Shown here: positions 32,859 through 39,170 of the stretch, piece after piece
Layout: every line of letters starts with the position of its first letter
Position numbering within the stretch: the first letter of the stretch is position 1
Source: a virus
Reading direction: 5' to 3' (one strand)
DNA: 39,170 nucleotides
Virus genome (UHGV): UHGV-0202899
Program-made: the position numbers and the translations under genes
The notes under the pieces: model-generated
Told to the model about the DNA's origin: nothing
The model's input: the letters and a program-made list of their open reading frames with translations, nothing else
The model's database searches: none

Positions 32859-34100
32859 TTATCTCCTTTGATTAGCATATTCCATTGCCTCTCTCAATCC
32901 CTCATCATAATCCCCACCAGCTGCTTTCATGATTTTCTTGATTTCATCATCAGGCACCCCCCTATCGAAAAGTTCCTGCATTACGTCCGCATTGCTGGCA
33001 TTCTTCTCCAACTTCTGTCTTGTGTCATAAATATAATATGCCCTTCCACCTAAATTGGCTTGTTTCTGTGCCGTCTGTGTCTGTTTGGCAGCCGAACTTG
33101 ATGACTTTTTCGAACCTCCAGAGCCGCTTCTGCTTGTAGCCAGTTTCTGTTGCTGAAGCGCATACTGCAATGCATCCTGCTCCTTCTGATAATCAAACTG
33201 CGTCTGCCAGTTCTGCTGTGCAAGCGCATCCTGGGTCTTCTGATATGCATATTCCTCTGCCCACCTCTGGGCATCCTGGTTATACTGATATTCCCCAAAG
33301 TCCTGATTGTAGGAACTATCGTACCGGCCTGCATAATAGTTAAGGTCATTATAATAATCGCTGACCGTATCCCGGTAACGCCCATAATCTATGTTATCCT
33401 GGTTGTTGACCATACCAAGCTGATTATACAGTTCCTGGCCCTCATTGAGATACTGTTGATACACCCTATCGTATATATCAAGGGTCTTGTCCCCTAGCTG
33501 GCTGATATGGTTATCATATGCCTGCTGCCCTGCGGCTGTGGCATATGTGGAGCCATATCCGCCGGTCATACCCGATATGTTTCCTATGGTGTCCCGCATG
33601 GCCTTGTTGCCTTGCTGCATGTACTGCTCACGGTAGTTTTTATACAGGTCCGTGTCATACACACTGTTCTGGTCAAAATTGGGCCGGTTCAGGATGCTGT
33701 CTATGATACTGTCAATCTGGCTATTATATTTGCTCTGGTAATCACCCGGCTTATTATTTTCCAGTTCGTCCAGCCTGTCAGCATAATCATTTACCTTCTG
33801 GGACGGCCTATATTTATTGTATTGATATCCGGTAAGGTAATCTGTTGCTGGGCTGCCGGGCGAGGAATTGGATACTGGGTTTATGGTCACATTATTTCCA
33901 TTCGCCGTGTTGGTATTGGGCTGGGAAGCACCTGGGCTTCCCTGTCCTCCTCCCTGCATGGCCTTAAGCAGGTTCGTGTTTTGGCTGGCAGTGCCGGAAT
34001 AATTGTTTATTCCATACTGCTCCGCAAGTTTTTTGCGGTTATTGTAGGAACTGTTCTGTCCTCTGCTGTTTAAATAGTCCACGATACTTCCAACTGCCAT
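32859..34100 (-). CDS. Q/N/Y/D-rich low-complexity protein (413 aa) with an N-terminal peptidoglycan-binding-like motif
   Basis: The N-terminal 45 aa (SIVDYLNSRGQNSSYNNRKKLAEQYGINNYSGTASQNTNLL) resemble CW_7/LysM-type motifs. The central about 250 aa are very rich in Y, Q, N and D. The stop is 2 nt before the giant gene start. Confidence 0.55.
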   Translation of the reverse strand: MAVGSIVDYLNSRGQNSSYNNRKKLAEQYGINNYSGTASQNTNLLKAMQGGGQGSPGASQPNTNTANGNNVTINPVSNSSPGSPATDYLTGYQYNKYRPSQKVNDYADRLDELENNKPGDYQSKYNSQIDSIIDSILNRPNFDQNSVYDTDLYKNYREQYMQQGNKAMRDTIGNISGMTGGYGSTYATAAGQQAYDNHISQLGDKTLDIYDRVYQQYLNEGQELYNQLGMVNNQDNIDYGRYRDTVSDYYNDLNYYAGRYDSSYNQDFGEYQYNQDAQRWAEEYAYQKTQDALAQQNWQTQFDYQKEQDALQYALQQQKLATSRSGSGGSKKSSSSAAKQTQTAQKQANLGGRAYYIYDTRQKLEKNASNADVMQELFDRGVPDDEIKKIMKAAGGDYDEGLREAMEYANQRR

Positions 34101-34101
34101 A

Positions 34102-34281
34102 TTATTTTACCTCCTTCTTTGATTCCTCCACCTTTTCTTTAGGTTCAACCTTTTCTCCCTTCGTCAATATGTTATTCATACTTACAAGGTATCCGGCCTG
34201 CTGCACCCCTTCTACCCTCAGCTGGTTCATCAGCATGAGTACCATATTGATTTTCTCTTCTTCAAACGCAATCTTTACCAT
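34102..34281 (-). CDS. hypothetical 59-aa protein
   Basis: It is below the track threshold. A GGAGGAG ribosome binding site is present. The ATG overlaps the upstream fibre stop (TAATG). Its own stop lies 1 nt before the next ATG. Confidence 0.35.
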   Translation of the reverse strand: MVKIAFEEEKINMVLMLMNQLRVEGVQQAGYLVSMNNILTKGEKVEPKEKVEESKKEVK

Positions 34282-35222
34282 TATGCATGCTCCTCCAATT
34301 TTCTTATCTCTGTTTCCAGTTTATCCAGTTCCTTCTGCTGGGCACGGATTGCCCCTGCATACAATACGCTATTTGTGCCATATGGGATTGACAGGTATTC
34401 ACCGCTATGTTCCACCATGGGCAGGTCAGTGCCTAACCTGGCCTGAAGTTCCTCAAGTTCCTGGGCGACCAGCCCCATCCCCTTTTTTCCAGAATCCTTA
34501 TATGTAAATGTGACCGGCCTGTATCCAAGTACGATTTCCAACGCAAGATCATCTGGGATTTCCTCTATATCTTCCTTCAGGCGGCGGTCTGACCTCTCAA
34601 ACAGGACCTCACAGGAAACATCATAGGATGCGTTCATATATCTGCATGATAAACTCCCTTCTATGTTTGCGTCCCCTGCTATGCGCATGTAATTGGAATA
34701 TAACAACCCATTTACATTTATCCTCCCTGAATATGTGATTGCCTTTGTGGTTACCGCTCCGCTGCTGCTTACGATGAAGCTGTCATTTATGTTTATCGAA
34801 CCTCCATTTATGGTCCCAGAGAACACCGCAGTACCATCCTTATACAGTTTGAAGTTATTGCTGTCTATCACCAGATACCCAGACTTAAACGTGATTGTAT
34901 CAGTAGTGGCAGAAATCTCCGAACATAAATCACCCGCGCTTACCTTCAGGGCAATTTCCCCATTCAGCACACGTATGCTGGTTTCCAATTCTTCTTCAAG
35001 GCCCTTGAACTGTGACAGGAACCCGTTCATGGTTATTTCAAGCTGGGCAATGTTTGTATCTGTCTCCTGATATTTGAGGAAGGTTTCCTGTGTGAAATTA
35101 TCCTCTGGTGTGATGCTTCTCAGGCTATACTTCAGCTGCTTATTCAACATCTGGATATAACTGTATACTTTTTTTACATCCTTGTTCCGCCCTCCTATGG
35201 CTGGCATATTAAAGCTTGACAC
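34281..35222 (-). CDS. tail fibre/spike protein with a C-terminal intramolecular chaperone auto-processing (peptidase S74) domain
   Basis: The C-terminal motif reads SDRRLKEDIEEI...GLVAQELEEL...LDKLETEIRKLEE. A beta-rich middle region precedes it. The start is GTG. Confidence 0.65.
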   Translation of the reverse strand: MSSFNMPAIGGRNKDVKKVYSYIQMLNKQLKYSLRSITPEDNFTQETFLKYQETDTNIAQLEITMNGFLSQFKGLEEELETSIRVLNGEIALKVSAGDLCSEISATTDTITFKSGYLVIDSNNFKLYKDGTAVFSGTINGGSININDSFIVSSSGAVTTKAITYSGRINVNGLLYSNYMRIAGDANIEGSLSCRYMNASYDVSCEVLFERSDRRLKEDIEEIPDDLALEIVLGYRPVTFTYKDSGKKGMGLVAQELEELQARLGTDLPMVEHSGEYLSIPYGTNSVLYAGAIRAQQKELDKLETEIRKLEEHA

Positions 35223-36201
35223 GTTCCCCTTCCTTCCTCCGTTTTATTGCCTGTTTCAGTCTCTCAATCCGCTTCTGGTTCTGCCGGATTACGCATGCAT
35301 ATATTGTCCCATAGCTACTATATGGCAAATCCAGGTACCGTCCATGCCTTGATACCATAGGCAGGCACACAGCTTCCATCTCCTGGTGCCGATAGATATC
35401 CTGCGCCATGCACCCCATACCAGACCTGCCGCTATCTACGAATCTATACCTCATTGGTTTTATGGCTTTTAATGCCTCTGCTGCCGTATCTTCCGTAATC
35501 GGTTCAATATCAGTTTTCAGCCTCCGGTCTGAAAACTGATATGCTTTCCGGCAAGTAAGTGTTTCCGCTATGTATGCATCATAGCAGGATATGTTTCCCG
35601 TTACCGTATTGACTACATCGTTATCATTGTATATGTCCAGTTCATAGGCATAAATCCCGTCCGGCGGGTTCAGGGTTTCCGTTGTGAACGTCCCATCTAT
35701 ATAGCATTCCCCCAGGTGATTCACGATGAACCTGTCCTCGATGTTTATGGATCCCCCTATGATATCCCCTGAAAAGAAAGCATTCCCGGCCTTATCCATG
35801 GTCATGTTCTGGGCCTGTACGATTACCTGTCCAGTCCTCAATGTGATGTGCTCCCCATGCAGTTCCATCCTGGTCAGCATGGTTTCCACCACGCTTCCGG
35901 ACTGGACCAGGAGTGATATCCTCTCCTTTGTCTGTTCCAGGCTTGTATGCATGCCGGTCCCGTAATCCTTCAGATCAATAACCAGCCCGTCCGCATCAAA
36001 GTTGATTTCCCTTACCTTTCCATTGCGCTGGTTGAGGACATCAATCACGGAGTTGTCCATGTTGTCCTCAAGACTCAGGTTTGCTATGGTGTATTTCAGG
36101 TCCTGGCTGAAGCGGTATAACTTTGATAGGATTTCATCGATATCCGTTTCATTCCGGTCCATTACAAGCGGTTTAAAAACTGCCATGTATATCACTCCCA
36201 T
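35209..36201 (-). CDS. paralogous tail fibre/spike protein with a C-terminal S74 chaperone domain
   Basis: The C-terminal motif reads FSDRRLKTDIEPI...GCMAQDIYRHQEME...RIERLKQAIKRRKE. The N-terminal region diverges from the neighbouring paralogue. Confidence 0.65.
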   Translation of the reverse strand: MGVIYMAVFKPLVMDRNETDIDEILSKLYRFSQDLKYTIANLSLEDNMDNSVIDVLNQRNGKVREINFDADGLVIDLKDYGTGMHTSLEQTKERISLLVQSGSVVETMLTRMELHGEHITLRTGQVIVQAQNMTMDKAGNAFFSGDIIGGSINIEDRFIVNHLGECYIDGTFTTETLNPPDGIYAYELDIYNDNDVVNTVTGNISCYDAYIAETLTCRKAYQFSDRRLKTDIEPITEDTAAEALKAIKPMRYRFVDSGRSGMGCMAQDIYRHQEMEAVCLPMVSRHGRYLDLPYSSYGTIYACVIRQNQKRIERLKQAIKRRKEGERVKL

Positions 36202-37738
36202 GCCCTATATACTTACCCATGGCAATCAGTATGGCTCCGCCTCGGCCTTCCAGGCGGTAACGGTATTTCTGGCACCTCCGTGGGACAACGCTGAGTACAT
36301 GGGTGCGATAGGCTTTCGCTGTATAAGTATTTACTTTCTCCCAATCTTCCCGTCCGTCATATTTCAGCAGGATGTCCAATTCGGACTCCGCATCCAATTT
36401 GATGTTGAATAGCAGGCGCTTCAGGTATTTATGCTCGATAGTTCCATCCAGCATATCCCCACTTTCAATCGCCCATTCTATCTGTTCCTGCCTGTCCCCA
36501 GCTATCGTGAATAGGTTGCCATCAGCATCAATGCAATACAGTTCCCCTTCTCCGTATGCCGTAAACAGCAGATGCAGCCCATCCTCTTTGTGCCAGATGT
36601 TCCTTGCTAAGTCATACACATACACTGCCCACTGCCCATTCCTTTTGAGGGAGGCATAATACTTCCCATCATATTGACCCGCTATCCCGTCAGTTACCCT
36701 GGCATCTCCAAGGACATCTGAAACCGAATCCGGTGAGGCTCCGTCATAGCTGCATATGCAGTTCCTGGCGGCATATACCAATGTCTCATCCACCACGCAT
36801 GCTGTTCCCTCACAGCCTTTTGCGATTCCTCTGGCTGGGGTCATGGTCGTAATCTGGAAATTGCTTGGCTTGTCCCCATATACAGTATGTATTGCATCCT
36901 CCTTGAAAAAGAGGACATACCCCATATGGGACAGGCATCCTGTGAAATCGCCATCACTCCCGATTGTTGCAGCATAAGAATCCGTACTTATCCCTTCAAA
37001 TGCATTCCAGTTAGCTGCATCCCCTAATTTACTTGCGTACACCTCATGGTTTGCGCTGGAGCATCCCCATAGCCGGTTTCCATTTTCACATACAAAATCC
37101 ATATCCGGTACTTTCCTGCTGATTGCAAGCCCGGTATCCTGGCTAAATCCTTCCGTCAGGTCACCTATGATTACGATATAGTCATCTGCAATCTCCTGGA
37201 TGACCGTGGTCCGGTTGAAACCCTCATTCGTACATCCTGTTATCTCTACTCCGTCAAACCGTTTAAAGGCCGTCCCTATTCCTGTGCAGGTAATCTTGAC
37301 CATGGTCGAACCTTTTGCGGTCTGTGCAAAGGATGCTTTGGCCCCCTGCCTCCAAGTGGCCTCAAGGCTCTGTAATTCACCCGTTGACGTGTTATACATA
37401 ACCTTGTCAGGGAACACTATGATGAATGCCCCTATCCCTATGATATGTTTGTCTGAATCCTCCACATCTGCAATCTTCTCATCCTTATAGTACAGCCCTG
37501 TACCATCTACATATATCAGCCCGTTTTTAAAATATAACCCATGTGGTTTTGACAGTTTCTTGAGTGTTTCCCCTCTATGTTTCCTTGTGGAGATAGCCGG
37601 AAAACAGTCAGATGACATATTCACCATGTCAGCAAATTCATTCTCATCAATTACTGCCCCGGTATTTAACCCAAGGAAGTTACCAATCTGTCGGCTGGTT
37701 TCCTTCGGGGCTGTTGTCAGATATGGTAATCTTCCCAC
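36173..37738 (-). CDS. large virion structural protein candidate (521 aa), beta-rich
   Basis: It has a GTG start with an AGGAGGT ribosome binding site. It lies in the operon between the endolysin and the fibres. No catalytic motif was recognised. Confidence 0.45.
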   Translation of the reverse strand: MGRLPYLTTAPKETSRQIGNFLGLNTGAVIDENEFADMVNMSSDCFPAISTRKHRGETLKKLSKPHGLYFKNGLIYVDGTGLYYKDEKIADVEDSDKHIIGIGAFIIVFPDKVMYNTSTGELQSLEATWRQGAKASFAQTAKGSTMVKITCTGIGTAFKRFDGVEITGCTNEGFNRTTVIQEIADDYIVIIGDLTEGFSQDTGLAISRKVPDMDFVCENGNRLWGCSSANHEVYASKLGDAANWNAFEGISTDSYAATIGSDGDFTGCLSHMGYVLFFKEDAIHTVYGDKPSNFQITTMTPARGIAKGCEGTACVVDETLVYAARNCICSYDGASPDSVSDVLGDARVTDGIAGQYDGKYYASLKRNGQWAVYVYDLARNIWHKEDGLHLLFTAYGEGELYCIDADGNLFTIAGDRQEQIEWAIESGDMLDGTIEHKYLKRLLFNIKLDAESELDILLKYDGREDWEKVNTYTAKAYRTHVLSVVPRRCQKYRYRLEGRGGAILIAMGKYIGHGSDIHGSF

Positions 37739-37747
37739 GTCAACCTC

Positions 37748-38119
37748 CTAAAATTTTGAGAATATGGCCCCGCGCTTTGGCATATGTGTGCGCCGGAACC
37801 AAGCCGCATACGCATCATATGCACTGTTATACATGACCACATCGTTGTTATATCGTTCAGTCTCTTGGTTATGGTAGTCAATCTTGGACAGCATGTAATT
37901 GATATACACATCCTGGAACCGTTCCGGGATGGTCAGCTGCCTTTCCGTGTCCTGTGCATATGATAATGGCTTAAATACCATATCGTATCCCTCTGCCCGG
38001 TTCACCACATCATCAACCACCTGTCCTTCAATCTCATTAAGCCATCCCACCATGATATCCTCATCGTACTGTCTACCTCTGAGCATTATGATTCTCTCAA
38101 TCAATTCACCTACGGTCAT
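37748..38119 (-). CDS. hypothetical protein (123 aa)
   Basis: Called from ORF context. Confidence 0.45.
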   Translation of the reverse strand: MTVGELIERIIMLRGRQYDEDIMVGWLNEIEGQVVDDVVNRAEGYDMVFKPLSYAQDTERQLTIPERFQDVYINYMLSKIDYHNQETERYNNDVVMYNSAYDAYAAWFRRTHMPKRGAIFSKF

Positions 38120-38128
38120 ACCATCCTC

Positions 38129-39100
38129 CTATTCCGCAAGGCCGTAGGTTTGCAGATCCGGCATTGTTGTATCCCACTGTTTCTCCCACTCACCATTACT
38201 ATTAATCCAGCAATATATCCCTGGCTCTGTAGATTTAACGTACACATTTTTCGCAGTTTCTCCAGTTTTTGTCGCATAGTACCATTTCCCGGCAGCCTCA
38301 AACCATTGTCCGGCCAGCATGGCCCCATCAGTGGGATTCATATAATACCATCCCTGCTCATCTGAACCAAACCACCCAGTTATCATTGTCCCTGTACCGT
38401 CAAAAACAAACCACTGTTTCCCAGCCGCTGTATTGATTTCTTCCCATTCGTCCTTGATATACGCTCCATATCTTAGATATTTCCAACTTCCGTCCGGTTG
38501 TTTTTCCCATCCTGTCTTTATTTTATCCATATGGATGCGACAAGCCTCATAGGCGCACCAGGATATAAACTGCTGGCACCAATACGCCGGATTGTATCCA
38601 TACCACTTCCCATACTTCGTATAATTTTCATCCCCCGGGTTCGCTGTCTTGTTATCCAAATCCTTATTGCTTGCCTTTTCAATGTATCCCAACTCACCTT
38701 CTAACACATGGATAAATTCATCTGCTGTACAGGTGTCCATACTATACATAGGTCGACCAAAACCATTGATTTTATTCTTTCCGCCTACCATGTCAAATGA
38801 TGCAGAATATGTATGCCTGGCAACACACCCTCCGTTTCGGTCCCCTGCATTCCCAGATGTATTTCCTTCCACACTTGTGAATTTGAATGTTTCTTTTTTA
38901 TAGTCTGCTTCGACCACCACGGCTCCGGCCACATGTCCTACCCTTCCCAAGGAAGAGTAATAGAAATAGACAATATCACCTCTCTTGGGTACCGTGAACC
39001 ATCTTCCTTTTTTAACGAAATAGGATTTTCCTGTCGGCGTATACTGGCTGTAATCCCCACACAATAGCTTCTGTCCTCTCGCATATGCATTATCAATCAT
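38129..39100 (-). CDS. peptidoglycan hydrolase (endolysin) with an N-terminal CHAP-type domain and C-terminal GW/WYY cell-wall-binding repeats
   Basis: The start was trimmed to the ATG after an AGGAGGG ribosome binding site. The N-terminal region reads QKLLCGDY...PKRGDIVYF...GHVAGAVVV (Cys/His). The C-terminal repeats read GWFGSDEQGWYYMN...GQWFEAAGKWYYAT. Confidence 0.75.
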   Translation of the reverse strand: MIDNAYARGQKLLCGDYSQYTPTGKSYFVKKGRWFTVPKRGDIVYFYYSSLGRVGHVAGAVVVEADYKKETFKFTSVEGNTSGNAGDRNGGCVARHTYSASFDMVGGKNKINGFGRPMYSMDTCTADEFIHVLEGELGYIEKASNKDLDNKTANPGDENYTKYGKWYGYNPAYWCQQFISWCAYEACRIHMDKIKTGWEKQPDGSWKYLRYGAYIKDEWEEINTAAGKQWFVFDGTGTMITGWFGSDEQGWYYMNPTDGAMLAGQWFEAAGKWYYATKTGETAKNVYVKSTEPGIYCWINSNGEWEKQWDTTMPDLQTYGLAE

Positions 39101-39170
39101 TACAATCCCTCCTGTAAGCATAAAAGGGAAAGCACCTCTGCCTCCCCTCCAGTTTTGTTGTACCTATTAG

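Overview
This window reads as a temperate phage or phage-plasmid-like mobile element from a mid-GC Firmicutes-type genome. Almost every gene is on the minus strand, with AGGAGG-type ribosome binding sites and tightly packed, overlapping genes. The window divides into three blocks.

Block A (coordinates 1-14100) reads leftward. It holds a tyrosine integrase next to a tRNA 3'-end-like fragment that is a probable att core. Then come a rolling-circle Rep (HUH) protein, TerS, TerL, portal, a Prp-like cysteine prohead protease, scaffold and major capsid. These are followed by a 927-aa fibre with a tandem 84-bp coding repeat, a DUF2829 (Tad2-like) protein, and a membrane-protein/holin pair. The scaffold and capsid proteins share an N-terminal LNLRLF(D/E) propeptide motif.

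Block B (14100-24800) is a lysogeny and early region. It contains a run of very small Cys-rich zinc-ribbon-like ORFs and two mini hydrophobic peptide genes that flank an ORF-less unit with its own promoter and terminator, which is a candidate small RNA. It also holds an ASCH-domain protein, a ParA-HNH-ParB cluster and a tandem-HTH regulator. A textbook divergent-promoter switch with two quasi-palindromic operators drives an XRE repressor on the plus strand. Downstream of the repressor is a strongly AT-rich cargo island encoding membrane proteins, and then a large serine recombinase with a 50-bp imperfect inverted repeat immediately after its stop codon, which is att-like.

Block C (24850-39170) reads leftward. 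It holds a CHAP endolysin with cell-wall-binding repeats, three uncharacterised structural proteins (one 59 aa), two paralogous fibres with C-terminal S74 intramolecular-chaperone domains, a Q/N/Y-rich protein, and a 2666-aa giant multidomain protein. The giant protein has a zincin HExxH motif, glycine-rich hydrophobic segments and long coiled coils.

No tail tube, tape measure or sheath genes are visible. The two ends of the window would place the holin next to the endolysin if the sequence were circular. No CRISPR array, transposase or reverse transcriptase was found. Functional calls rest on motif recognition by eye, without database searches.
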